Assembly (NCBI GenBank): GCA_964012435.1
Contig: CAXGSM010000001.1
Span: 27,979-91,978, forward strand
Direction: 5' to 3'
Source of the DNA: an uncultured bacterium
GTDB lineage: Bacteria; UBP7; UBA6624
DNA length: 64,000 nucleotides
The notes under the pieces are model-generated. The model was given only the letters and a program-made list of their open reading frames with translations, searched no databases and was not told the DNA's origin. The translations under genes were made by a program, and so were the position numbers. How positions within the stretch are numbered: the first letter of the stretch is position 1; each line of letters opens with the position of its first letter. Positions 18,801 to 27,477 of this stretch are shown here, one piece after another.

Positions 18801-19991
18801 TCTTATGGGAGATTCTGTTTCTTCACCTGGTTCAGCTATCCATATTTGTTCTATGTTACATATTTTTTGAATTGTTTTTTCAAGGCATGAATTTGATGTA
18901 AAAAGTATCTTGTTGCCATCATCTATCCATTCAACATAAATTTCTTGTTCAGCGGTATTTGTGACCCTGTGGGATTCTTCTTTTTCAAGATCTTGAACCC
19001 AAATGTCTCCATCCACTATCAAAACCATTGATTTTTCATCTGATGGAGATATTGAGAAGGATGACGCTCCAGAATTAACAGTTTTCCATTCAAAATCATT
19101 TGTCAAGGAGTCAGCAGGAACGATAATGTTTAGTTCTGATGTTTTTTCTGGACCAGTTTCAAAAAGAATAACTTTTCCACCTACTTCCATTGCTATCATG
19201 CTGCCATCTGCTGAAATAGATGCATTTCTAGGGCCATCTTTCTCAAAAGAGGTAATCTTTTTGCTTTTCATTTTTGTATTCATTGAATAGAGGTTATAGG
19301 TTCCATCTTTTTCTGATATGTACCAAAGTGATTTACCATCAGGTGCCCACATTGGAGAATGGTCAGCCCCGTCAAATTTTGTCATTAACTTTGCAGGTGT
19401 TCCATCATGTTTAATCCATATATCTGCATCACCTGAACCCCTGTATCCTTTTCTGTTTGTGCTTTCTGAGCGTCTCATAAAAGCTAAACTTTTTCCATCC
19501 GGAGAATAAGTTCCCTGAAAACCCAAATATTCAGTAAACCTTTTTGGAGTGTCCTTTTTTTCAATATCTATCATGTACATTTCTGGATTTCTGTAATTTG
19601 TTTCGTATCTCATGCTGGAAAATATGATGTTTTTACCATCTGATGTAAAGCTTGACATTAGGTCTGAACCGGACCAGTAAGTTAATCGATCTGGTTTTCC
19701 TCCATCTGAAGACATTATGTAAATATCATCGTTTCCCCATCTGTCAGAAGTAAATGCAATTTTGCTTCCATCAGGTGCCCACATTGGAGAATGGTCGTAT
19801 GCTGGATGTATTGTTAGCCTCTTTGCTTCTCCTCCTTTGGATGAAACTGTCCATATATCACCTTGCCAACTAAATGCAATTTGGCTACCATCAGGAGATG
19901 GAGAAGGGTGCCTTGGAAGAATTGCTTCTTGAGCTTTCAAGCTATATGTGAATAATAATGTTAATAATACCAGTGTTAATGTTTTGTTCAT
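15882..19991 (-). CDS. Tricorn protease-like multidomain peptidase, secreted, with beta-propellers, a PDZ domain, an inserted double DUF4399-like/His-rich region and an S41-type catalytic domain
   Basis: I take the start at the internal Met (MNKTLTLVLLTLLFTYSLKAQE signal peptide, complement of 19989..19991). This avoids overlap with the divergent gene. It has repeated TolB-like blades (SPMWAPDGSKIAF twice, SPDGK, SPNGAKIAF), a PDZ region (GDILKKIN) and an S41-like tail (LGYVHIQGMS, DVRDNGGG, GVPTRGAVISTG). Confidence 0.8.
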   Translation of the reverse strand: MNKTLTLVLLTLLFTYSLKAQEAILPRHPSPSPDGSQIAFSWQGDIWTVSSKGGEAKRLTIHPAYDHSPMWAPDGSKIAFTSDRWGNDDIYIMSSDGGKPDRLTYWSGSDLMSSFTSDGKNIIFSSMRYETNYRNPEMYMIDIEKKDTPKRFTEYLGFQGTYSPDGKSLAFMRRSESTNRKGYRGSGDADIWIKHDGTPAKLMTKFDGADHSPMWAPDGKSLWYISEKDGTYNLYSMNTKMKSKKITSFEKDGPRNASISADGSMIAMEVGGKVILFETGPEKTSELNIIVPADSLTNDFEWKTVNSGASSFSISPSDEKSMVLIVDGDIWVQDLEKEESHRVTNTAEQEIYVEWIDDGNKILFTSNSCLEKTIQKICNIEQIWIAEPGEETESPIREVEDWKTYPITKGNKPNHRPQISPNGAKIAFIRDYGELVVADFETNPEEENEIISNEITLRTGWDWPSISWSPDSQWIAWSVEDIEHNADVWIAKTDGSISPKNISSHPDMDMYPTWSENGRMLAFSSTRTSSTPRGSSTYSDIWYVFLRENDQELTYKERKDLWEEEAKDSKKEKESWVDIDLEGIEFRLKRATSFDGSETEVLLNKDGSRLIFKGSHDGSDLYSSSMTEYGTFGSPVKVTEGHYPYGIRWSEDQKSIYYSKSGGTIYSTSPTKKSTQNKKFSIRYKLDRVKQRQVVFEEAWATMYRGFYDPNLHGSDWNDVHDRYLPWAVSASHPRDFDFIIDSMLGELNGSHLGYYGRIPSINESKEYSGAMGILFDWESKKEGLVVKSIIENSPADKYTLDIKPGDILKKINKIDISNQNIHNLLIDTSSKEIPVTFERKVEDQKIENEVWFSNIKDGDKVSSPLFVGFGVSGFEIEMAGLQTSKKGHFHLIINGEPSKKGDVIPADETHIHYMMGEKYGYIELEPGKHTLTLQLADGLHEIIDDNLYKTINIEVVEEGTNLSKVFFTYPKNKSKIKGAFELSFSTVMDLPLNVPADPMKDGHDHSNHEGHNDHSNHEGHNDHSNHEGHNDHSNHEGHQMDDEHNHHQHKAKEKIIFDHGIDPLEVYLALIIDGDEIKKGDVVPRDGNHMHFGKEVETTILNLDPGKHTLTLQAVNSNRESLGFDFSSQIEIEILGETEENTVEIKPGSSYSIRTALYESWVKTNREKTENDSGGKLGYVHIQGMSQPSLERFEAELYSVGHDKEALVIDVRDNGGGWTTDMLLQILMVERHAYTIPRGAKDGEFGYPQNRLSMYSWTKPIIVLCNQNSYSNAEIFSHAVKTLKRGKLVGVPTRGAVISTGSKGLIDGSSMRYPFRGWFVADGEKLGANQENGPAIPDIIVEITPEDEINGNDPQLDAAIKSLLKDLR
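16875..16982 (-). repeat. Perfect in-frame tandem repeat, 4 x 27 nt, encoding a His-rich tract (HNDHSNHEG units)
   Basis: The plus-strand unit atgtccctcatggttgctgtggtcatt starts at 16875, 16902, 16929 and 16956. The copies are identical except for the last base of copy 4. Confidence 0.95.
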
Positions 19992-20049
19992 GTCATTGTT
20001 TCTCCGTAAATTTTTTAGGATAGGAATTATCATACAATCTGATTTAAAA

Positions 20050-20778
20050 ATGAGAATAAATAAATATCTTTCATTATGCGGTCTAGGCTCAAGAAGAAAA
20101 GTTGAAGAGTTCATCAAAGAAGGCCGTGTTTCTTTTAGGCGTAACCCAGATGGTTTAAATTTAATTAATGATCTTTCATTCACCGTGAAAGAGCATGACG
20201 AGGTCTTTTTTGATGGAGAAAAGCTAAAGACAAAGGTTTACAAATATGTATTGCTTAATAAGCCCAGAGGATATATAACCACAAAAGATGACCCAATGAA
20301 AAGAAAGAATGTTATGGACTTGATTCCAAAAAGCATGCATCACCTTTCTCCTGTAGGAAGACTCGATAAAGACACTTCAGGGTTAATTATTTTGACAAAT
20401 GATGGAGATTTGTATCAAAAAATTTCTCATCCAAAATATAGATTTATAAAACACTATGTTGTTGAAGCTAAAGGGAAAATATCTTCCAAAAAAATTGCAT
20501 TATTCACAAAGGGTTTAACTTATGGTAAAGAAAAATTAAAAGCGTATTCTGCAACGATTATTGCTTCACATCAGGGAAGGACTGTTGTTTCCATTAAGTT
20601 AACTGAAGGTAAAAATCGTGAAATACGAAAGATGTTTAACTTTATAAAAAAACCAATAATATCATTGGAAAGAATTGCAATAGGTTCAATCTCAGATAAA
20701 AAACTTCAACAAGGAAAATGGAGAAACTTGAAAGTTTCAGAGATTTCTAGATTAAAAAAAGAACTAGGCATTTCATGA
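20050..20778 (+). CDS. Pseudouridine synthase, RsuA/RluB family, with S4 domain
   Basis: I take the start at ATG 20050 (MRINKYLSLCGLGSRRKVEEFIKEGRV, S4 domain). It has the catalytic motif GRLDKDTSGLIILTNDG and a later EGKNREIRKM motif. Confidence 0.85.
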   Translation: MRINKYLSLCGLGSRRKVEEFIKEGRVSFRRNPDGLNLINDLSFTVKEHDEVFFDGEKLKTKVYKYVLLNKPRGYITTKDDPMKRKNVMDLIPKSMHHLSPVGRLDKDTSGLIILTNDGDLYQKISHPKYRFIKHYVVEAKGKISSKKIALFTKGLTYGKEKLKAYSATIIASHQGRTVVSIKLTEGKNREIRKMFNFIKKPIISLERIAIGSISDKKLQQGKWRNLKVSEISRLKKELGIS

Positions 20779-23354
20779 GTGCACTCCATGTAGGGTCGGC
20801 TTTTTCCGTTTGGGAATCTCTTTGGTCTTCTATAGAAATCGCAAAAAAGAATAAACCTTTAGATGTTATTAAAATTTTGGTTCCTACAAATCATGAAAAA
20901 AAACTGATAAATCGCGAATCAAACTCAAGAGGTCTTTCTGGCATTTCTCCAGTTATTTTTAATGACATGGTTGAAGATAGGCTGCATGCTAACAATTTTT
21001 TTAAACTAGAACCGCCTGCTTTCATTGATAGGTTTTTCTTATCTCAAGCGTTAAAAAAATTGAACAACACAAGCCTTAATGATTTCCTCCATGATGAGTC
21101 GAAATTTTCATTGGAGGAATTGAGGAAAGCTGTTAATAGAATTTGCGAATATCTTCCCTCTGAAACTGAATCCCTTAAAGGGGAATCCTCATTGATCGAT
21201 TTAACACTTTTATGGAAGAGTATATGGCTAGAAAGCTCTTCTAAATACCTACCTTATCCAATCAAAATTAATATTGCGGCGAACAGTGATTCTTTTTTGA
21301 GGGGTGATGATTCTTTAGTTGCTGTTTGGGGTATTTCAAATTTAAACACTGCACAAGAAGATTTTTTAAGACCATTAAAAGGTGATTTTGATTGGTATGT
21401 TCCAGGGCCAAACCCAAATCTTTCCTCAGATGCATCTTGTTACCTAGCTAGATTAAATTTTTATTTGGGTAAAAAGATTATTGATGCTGGTTCTTCAAAA
21501 ACAAAAATAAAAAGTACTAGGTGTGGTGATTTTATAAATTGCTTTTATACAGCTAAATATGATGGTTATGAAAATTTCAGTTGCCCCGAAATAGTGCATG
21601 ATGATCTTGTTCTTTTAAACTCTTTATTAAGCTTTAAAGATGACGATTTTCTTTCTAGCAGAAGTATTTCTTCATCCCCTACAGGCAGGGCATTGAAATT
21701 CCATGAAGATTTCATTCAGAATAAGTACATCCATTTAAATGATTTGATTTTTAATTTAAATTCACTGGGTTGTTTCAAAGAAAATCAGGATATTCATGAT
21801 TTTGATTTTGACCTTTCAAGATATGGTGTTTCTGACATTCGTAAGGATCTTAGAAGATTGAAAAAGGCAATAGATGCTAAAGTTGAGCCGCCTATTGGGA
21901 TTAATGTTGAAGAGTTAAAAAAATGGATTCATGAGAGTCAGGAAAAAATACTTATCGCTTCAGACGGCTCTTCCTTTTCAAGGATTAATCAAGCAAAATC
22001 TAAAACTTTAATATCGGAAATTAAAGATGAAAAAAATTTCCATGTGGGTGATTTGCGTTTTGAAAAAGATCCCGATGATTACGGAAGGGTCAAAACTCAA
22101 ACTGTTAGCAATATGAAAAATGGTGTAATAAGTCCTGAAAGTATTGCATTTATAGGAGTTGCAGATAATAGGTTTCCTGGCAAACTTGATCCTCCTGAAT
22201 GGCAAGATAGTCAAGAAAATAAATTTGCACTTGAAAGTATAGGGATGCCTGATTTGCAGATGAGAATTGAGGAAGAGTCTTGGAGGGCTTGGTGTATAGA
22301 GAACAGAGGTGACTCAGGTTGTGCAGTTTATTGGGACAATATAGATAACCGTGGAGAGGAGCAGTTTTTTAGTTCTTTGTTTGACAAAAAACATTTCAAT
22401 CAATTTGAGTCTTCAGATGTTAAAGATGTATTTTTTCCAATAAGCAAATCTAGACATAAGGAACAGGTGGAGCTTTCTTATGTTGAATCAGTTGGAGATG
22501 TTTCCTTTAAAAAAATATGGAATGTTGGACCTCAAGATTTGCAAATATCTTTAAGGGCTAGCGATTTTAGTTTTGATAAGCCTCCTTGTCTTTTTGCTTA
22601 TTATGTTTCAAGACAAAATACACTTCGCGAAAAGAGGAATGTAGATGTGATTTATCCTGACAGTTTGACTAAAGGTTCTTTTATTCACCACTGCCTAGAG
22701 ACACTCGCGAAAAGTTTTAGAAGAGAAGGTCAGGATTATGAACTTTTAGTTCAGAGAGTGATGGATGAAACTTCTTTATGGTATCCGTTTACGGAAAAGC
22801 TTGTAAAGAAAGGTTTGTTTAAGAAATGGAAAATGTTTATTGTTGAGGAGTTGGGGCGCTGGCAGAATGATAGTTTTTCAAAATCTCAACAAGAGTATTC
22901 TGGTAAGGGTAAATTTTTTATGTCAAAAATCCCTTTGGTTGAAAGTTCTTACCAAAACCTTAAAGATGTTGAGATAAGAGCAAAGATAGACAGAATTGAA
23001 CATTATGAAACCCAAACAGGAAAGACCAAGGTAAAAATCATTGATTACAAAACGGGTAAAAAGGGCTCGACCAATTGGACACAAGCATTTTTTTATCCTT
23101 ACTTCCTTGAAGGGGATTTTGATTTTCAGGATTTTGTTTACAGGTATATTTTAGAAAAAGAACAAAAAGATGTTAGTTGGATGAGCTTTAAGCGGAAAGA
23201 ACAAAAAGAGATTTTTATTTTGGAAAGTTTAAGCACCTGGAAGGATGATTTTTTGAAAGGGGAAATGGTTCCTTGCTGGGTTAAAGATCCATCAAAACCA
23301 TGTTATTGGTGCCAGAAATTTGGGAGAAATAAGTTTTGGAGACTTGAGAAATGA
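20775..23354 (+). CDS. AddB-like PD-(D/E)XK nuclease subunit (divergent)
   Basis: C-terminal nuclease motifs are GSFIHHCLE, IDRIEHY...VKIIDYKTGKK and QAFFYPYF. One Cys lies upstream (PPCLFAY) and three lie downstream (PCWVKDPSKPCYWC), recalling the AddB iron-staple arrangement. There is no N-terminal Walker A. It overlaps the following UvrD-type gene by 4 nt in addB-addA order. Confidence 0.55.
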   Translation: MSALHVGSAFSVWESLWSSIEIAKKNKPLDVIKILVPTNHEKKLINRESNSRGLSGISPVIFNDMVEDRLHANNFFKLEPPAFIDRFFLSQALKKLNNTSLNDFLHDESKFSLEELRKAVNRICEYLPSETESLKGESSLIDLTLLWKSIWLESSSKYLPYPIKINIAANSDSFLRGDDSLVAVWGISNLNTAQEDFLRPLKGDFDWYVPGPNPNLSSDASCYLARLNFYLGKKIIDAGSSKTKIKSTRCGDFINCFYTAKYDGYENFSCPEIVHDDLVLLNSLLSFKDDDFLSSRSISSSPTGRALKFHEDFIQNKYIHLNDLIFNLNSLGCFKENQDIHDFDFDLSRYGVSDIRKDLRRLKKAIDAKVEPPIGINVEELKKWIHESQEKILIASDGSSFSRINQAKSKTLISEIKDEKNFHVGDLRFEKDPDDYGRVKTQTVSNMKNGVISPESIAFIGVADNRFPGKLDPPEWQDSQENKFALESIGMPDLQMRIEEESWRAWCIENRGDSGCAVYWDNIDNRGEEQFFSSLFDKKHFNQFESSDVKDVFFPISKSRHKEQVELSYVESVGDVSFKKIWNVGPQDLQISLRASDFSFDKPPCLFAYYVSRQNTLREKRNVDVIYPDSLTKGSFIHHCLETLAKSFRREGQDYELLVQRVMDETSLWYPFTEKLVKKGLFKKWKMFIVEELGRWQNDSFSKSQQEYSGKGKFFMSKIPLVESSYQNLKDVEIRAKIDRIEHYETQTGKTKVKIIDYKTGKKGSTNWTQAFFYPYFLEGDFDFQDFVYRYILEKEQKDVSWMSFKRKEQKEIFILESLSTWKDDFLKGEMVPCWVKDPSKPCYWCQKFGRNKFWRLEK

Positions 23355-26300
23355 CGACTGTACCTCAGTTTATTAACGCGAGTGCAGGCACAGGAAAGAC
23401 AACAAGATTAGTAATTTATTATTTGTATAAGCTTTTGCAAAGCTCTGATCCAAAGAAAATTATTGCTTGTACATTTACAATTGCGGCAACTAATGAATTT
23501 AAAAATAGAGTTATTGAGTATTTACGAGCACCAGATGAGGATTTGGAAAATTTATTTGAATCCTTTGGCCTTGAACCAATTTCAATTCCAACAAATAAAA
23601 ACTCTTTTATACCTTTGTTGGAAATAAAAACATTAGATAGTTTTTTCTTAAGTTTGTTTTCAAAGAATTCAAATAGTATTTTTTATCGAGTTATGACTGA
23701 TTTTGATTTTGAAAGAGTTTACGAAAAGTCTTACAAAGATTGGATCATATCTGCAGAGGGATTTGAAGAGGCTTCATGGCATGGAAGGCTTAAGCAGGTT
23801 GTTAAGAAACTGGAGCCTTACGGCTTGGATGAAATAAAAAACCTTTTTAATTCTTCTAAATTTTTAAATTTAGATATTTTTTTGAAATCGAGAAAAGAAG
23901 CAGTTAGCAAGCTTTTTCTTGAAATTAAAGATTTATTACCTGATGAATTTAAGCCTACTCCAAAAAGTAAAGATTACATAAAATTAATTAATGATGCATA
24001 TTTAAATCTTGATTTTTCAGATATTAATTCAAGAAAGCTTTTTTCCGAATTGTCAAAGCTTGAAAGACATTTTGGGTCAAGAGATGAGCTTTGTATTGAC
24101 ATAATGAAGAAGATATCAAAATTTAAAAAGATATTGAGCAATTATGAAAAAAATGATTTCGAATACCAAGAACAATCTCTTTTAGCGCCAAAATTACTTG
24201 ATTTAATTTCAATTTTTAAATCAAAAACAAATAAAGAAAGGCTTATGTCAAGTGGCTTTATATCAAGATCAATTTTACAAAGCTTGAAAAAAGAGGATTT
24301 TGATTTTGAGTGTGAACATCTTTTTGTCGATGAGTTTCAGGATACAAATCGAACCCAAAGCAAAATACTTAACAGCCTTAAAGAAAGATTTGGTTTTGAT
24401 ATTACATTTGTTGGTGATTACAAGCAGGCTATATATAAATTTAGAGATGCAAGCTCGCAAGCTTTTTTCGAGTTTGATAGCAAGGTTGACCAGAAACACA
24501 AGCAATATTTAAATTCTTCATACAGGTCAAATAAGTCAGTTCTGGCTTCAACAAATTGGCTTTTTGAAAGATATTATGAAAATCCTGATTATTGGCATTT
24601 ATTTTCAGATCCAAAATCATTAATGTTTTCAAATGAGCAAAATTATCCTTTGACGATTTGGTCTTGTGAAAATGCTGAAATAAACAAAGGCATATGGAAA
24701 AAAAGCGGTAGCTTTGGGCGCAAGTCAAAAAACATAGAAAAAAGAACAGTTGATTGTGTTTCTTGGATAAAAGAAAAGCATCCAGATGAAAGCATTTTGG
24801 TTCTAGCAAGAAACTGGAACCAATTGGGTAGGATCGCAAAAAGTCTCAATGCATCTGGCTTGAATGCAGTAATTGCCGGTAATCCAAATCTGATTAATGA
24901 TGATGATATTGATCAGGATGTTGTGTATTTGAAAAAAATTATTAAGTGCTTGGTTAACCCTGATGATCAAATGCTTTTAAGTTCAGTGCTTTTAGGTAAT
25001 TGTTTTGCTCATACATTAAAGGATCTGGGTTCAAATGAAGGTTTAAAAGAGTCTATTAACTTAATTCAAGCTTATTCTTCTAGAGTTTATCATGGCGATT
25101 CAATTACTGCGGTACTCACAGACTTCTTAAATGAAACTGGTTACCTTTATGGAATCAAGGGAGATTCACGATCTCATGAAAGAACTCTGAAAATTTTTGA
25201 ATTTTTAAAAATTATGTTATCACATGAGAAAGAAGGCAGTTTTGATAAATTCAGTGATACTTTAGAGTGGATTGATGTTTATTTCAGAACCCATTCCCCA
25301 CCATCAGGGCTTTCTTCACCACAGCCCATTGTTCTTAGGACGGTTTATGGAGCAAAAGGGCTTTCTGCTGATCATGTTGTTATTGTTAATCCGGATGAAA
25401 GGTGGCTGAAGAGCTGTTTTGAGGATCTTGAGTTTGAAAAGATTCTTCCATCTGACTCTTATTCTGAAGGAAATAATTCATTTGAGTTGATTTTGACTAA
25501 TGATGGTGAGCTTGAATCAATGTGGCTTTCTTTAGGAAAGGGAGATAATGGTAAATATAAGATTTGGACCAATGAGTCTTTTATTGATTCTTGGGGTAAG
25601 AATGCAGGTGAATTTTATGATGAAGAAGTCAATTTGAATTATGTTTCAATGACAAGAGCTAGAAAAACAATGCATGCAATTTCAAATGGTTTTTATCATC
25701 CTCAAAAAACAAGAAAAGGAGATTTGTTTTCTGTTGTTTATCGTTTGATTTTGGAAAATTTTGACAATTCATTTGAGGCTTTTTCAAATTCTTCTTTAGG
25801 TGAAGTCGATATCCCTATTCCTGAAAAATACATCAAAGAACAAGCTTCTCAGGGAAATTCTTTTGTTAAATATTTGTTCCCTAAATCCAGAAGGGCTAAA
25901 GAAAAATATAGGGCTTTGGATAGAAGTTTGTTAGACCCTAATTCAGATAATTTTGTTTTAAGTCAGAGGTCAAAAAAAGCAATACCATTAAGTGTTTCGA
26001 ATGTTGATCAGGTAATCAAAGGTGATGCTCTTCATAAGGTGCTTGATATTTTTGGCCCACCTGTAAAAGATTCATGGTTGAAAGATGTTCAAAATAGCAG
26101 CATCAGTCATGTTTTCAATTTAGAAAAAAATGATTTTTACAGTTTGATAAGTGATTTTTCAGAAAAATTAAAAAAGAATAAAACATGGCTTGGCTTCACT
26201 GCTGATTTTTTAAACATATGGACAGAATATCCTTTATGTGGATCATATGAAAAACAGTTTCAAAAAATAGATTTGCTTATCGAGCTAGAGGAAAAATTTA

Positions 26301-26482
26301 TTATTATTGATTGGAAAACAGGCCAAAAAACTGATAAAAAAATTGATCAATATTCTCTTCAGGTTAATGCTTATAAAGACGTTTTGTCTAATTTCTTGAA
26401 GAAACAAAATGTTAATAAGGGTATTGAGTGTTATATAGCCTGGGTTGACCAACGAGATTTGGTTTTTAATGAGGTTTTTTAA
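23351..26482 (+). CDS. AddA/RecB-like UvrD-family helicase-nuclease
   Basis: SF1 helicase motifs are present: NASAGTGKTT (I), TFTIAATNEF (Ia), FVDEFQDTN (II), VGDYKQAIYKFRDAS (III), YRSNKSV (IV), GAKGLSADHVVIV (V) and YVSMTRARKTM (VI). The C-terminal nuclease has GDALHKVLD, IDLLIE...IIIDWKTGQ and QVNAYKDVL. Confidence 0.7.
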   Translation: MTTVPQFINASAGTGKTTRLVIYYLYKLLQSSDPKKIIACTFTIAATNEFKNRVIEYLRAPDEDLENLFESFGLEPISIPTNKNSFIPLLEIKTLDSFFLSLFSKNSNSIFYRVMTDFDFERVYEKSYKDWIISAEGFEEASWHGRLKQVVKKLEPYGLDEIKNLFNSSKFLNLDIFLKSRKEAVSKLFLEIKDLLPDEFKPTPKSKDYIKLINDAYLNLDFSDINSRKLFSELSKLERHFGSRDELCIDIMKKISKFKKILSNYEKNDFEYQEQSLLAPKLLDLISIFKSKTNKERLMSSGFISRSILQSLKKEDFDFECEHLFVDEFQDTNRTQSKILNSLKERFGFDITFVGDYKQAIYKFRDASSQAFFEFDSKVDQKHKQYLNSSYRSNKSVLASTNWLFERYYENPDYWHLFSDPKSLMFSNEQNYPLTIWSCENAEINKGIWKKSGSFGRKSKNIEKRTVDCVSWIKEKHPDESILVLARNWNQLGRIAKSLNASGLNAVIAGNPNLINDDDIDQDVVYLKKIIKCLVNPDDQMLLSSVLLGNCFAHTLKDLGSNEGLKESINLIQAYSSRVYHGDSITAVLTDFLNETGYLYGIKGDSRSHERTLKIFEFLKIMLSHEKEGSFDKFSDTLEWIDVYFRTHSPPSGLSSPQPIVLRTVYGAKGLSADHVVIVNPDERWLKSCFEDLEFEKILPSDSYSEGNNSFELILTNDGELESMWLSLGKGDNGKYKIWTNESFIDSWGKNAGEFYDEEVNLNYVSMTRARKTMHAISNGFYHPQKTRKGDLFSVVYRLILENFDNSFEAFSNSSLGEVDIPIPEKYIKEQASQGNSFVKYLFPKSRRAKEKYRALDRSLLDPNSDNFVLSQRSKKAIPLSVSNVDQVIKGDALHKVLDIFGPPVKDSWLKDVQNSSISHVFNLEKNDFYSLISDFSEKLKKNKTWLGFTADFLNIWTEYPLCGSYEKQFQKIDLLIELEEKFIIIDWKTGQKTDKKIDQYSLQVNAYKDVLSNFLKKQNVNKGIECYIAWVDQRDLVFNEVF

Positions 26483-26484
26483 TT

Positions 26485-27474
26485 GTGAGTTTTAATAAAC
26501 ATTTATTTTTAGGATTTGAGGGTTTTAATCTTGATTCTGAATTAGAAGATTATCTAATGTGCTTCAAAGCAGAATCATTAATAGTGTTTTCTAGAAACTG
26601 GGACTCTCCAGAACAATTTAAAAAACTATTGAATTCGATTAGAGATCTTTACAACAGGAATGGCTTAGACCAACCTTTAATTGGTGTTGACCAGGAGGGG
26701 GGAAAGGTTCAAAGGTTTAAAAATGGCTTTATTGACTTTCCTTCATTTTATTCATTAGGCCAAAAGTTTAAAAAAGATGCTTCGTTGGGTTATGTTTATG
26801 ATTTGGCTCTAGAAAAAGGAAGGATGTTAAAGGGTCTTGGAATCGATATAAATTTTTCTCCGGTTTTAGATGTTGCTCGAAATAGAAATAATCCAATAAT
26901 CCATCAGCTAGAAAGATCTTTTTCTGAAAATGAAAGAATTGTTTCATTGTTATCTGTGGTTTATTCAAGAGGTTTAATGGATTCCGGTATTATTCCTTGC
27001 GGTAAACATTTTCCAGGGCATGGAGGAACCGATAAAGATAGTCATTTAGAGCTTCCTGTAGTTTTGGACTACCCAGAAAAAATGTTTTGCGACCTTGTGC
27101 CTTTTTCATCTTTTATCAGTAAGGGTTTCAATATGCTGATGTCTTCACATGTTCTTTATCCTTCAATTGATCCTGATAGACCAGCAACATTAAGCCAAAC
27201 AATTAATAAGGGTCTTTTGAGAAAAGGTCTTGGCTTCAAAGGCGTTCTAGTCAGTGATGACCTATGCATGAAAGCTCTTTATAGCAACAAGATAAAAGAG
27301 AAGTTTGATATTAATGATTTATTCTTAGAGGCATTAAATGCAGGCAATGACATGGTTCTTGTTTGTCATGAGGAATATGCTAAAAAATTAAACCTAAAAA
27401 TGCTCCAAAAAAAATCTAAAGGAAAATTTAGAGATTCAAAATTAAGAATTGATTTTTTAAAAAGTTTAACTTAA
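26485..27474 (+). CDS. nagZ: Beta-N-acetylhexosaminidase (glycoside hydrolase family 3)
   Basis: It has GVDQEGGKVQRF, KHFPGHGGTDKDSHLELP and VSDDL. The start codon is GTG. Confidence 0.85.
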   Translation: MSFNKHLFLGFEGFNLDSELEDYLMCFKAESLIVFSRNWDSPEQFKKLLNSIRDLYNRNGLDQPLIGVDQEGGKVQRFKNGFIDFPSFYSLGQKFKKDASLGYVYDLALEKGRMLKGLGIDINFSPVLDVARNRNNPIIHQLERSFSENERIVSLLSVVYSRGLMDSGIIPCGKHFPGHGGTDKDSHLELPVVLDYPEKMFCDLVPFSSFISKGFNMLMSSHVLYPSIDPDRPATLSQTINKGLLRKGLGFKGVLVSDDLCMKALYSNKIKEKFDINDLFLEALNAGNDMVLVCHEEYAKKLNLKMLQKKSKGKFRDSKLRIDFLKSLT

Positions 27475-27477
27475 TTT

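Noticed and set aside
24275-24849. Several 68-132 aa ORFs on both strands inside addA (24275..24505, 24300..24512, 24441..24839, 24643..24849), and similar nested ORFs inside trxB, the response regulator, the kinase, the S9 peptidase and argS
   Set aside because: They lie entirely within long ORFs that have clear family motifs. Their composition is low-complexity, typical of off-frame translation of AT-rich genes, and they have no motifs.
20775-26482. UvrD-helicase plus nuclease pair as a phage-defence system (Gabija- or Hachiman-like)
   Set aside because: The first protein has no OLD/TOPRIM or ATPase motifs. The second carries its own RecB-type nuclease domain, and the order and motifs fit AddB-AddA. 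The flanks are housekeeping genes (pseudouridine synthase, nagZ) joined to the pair by a 4-nt overlap upstream and a 2-nt gap downstream. The repair complex is the simpler explanation.
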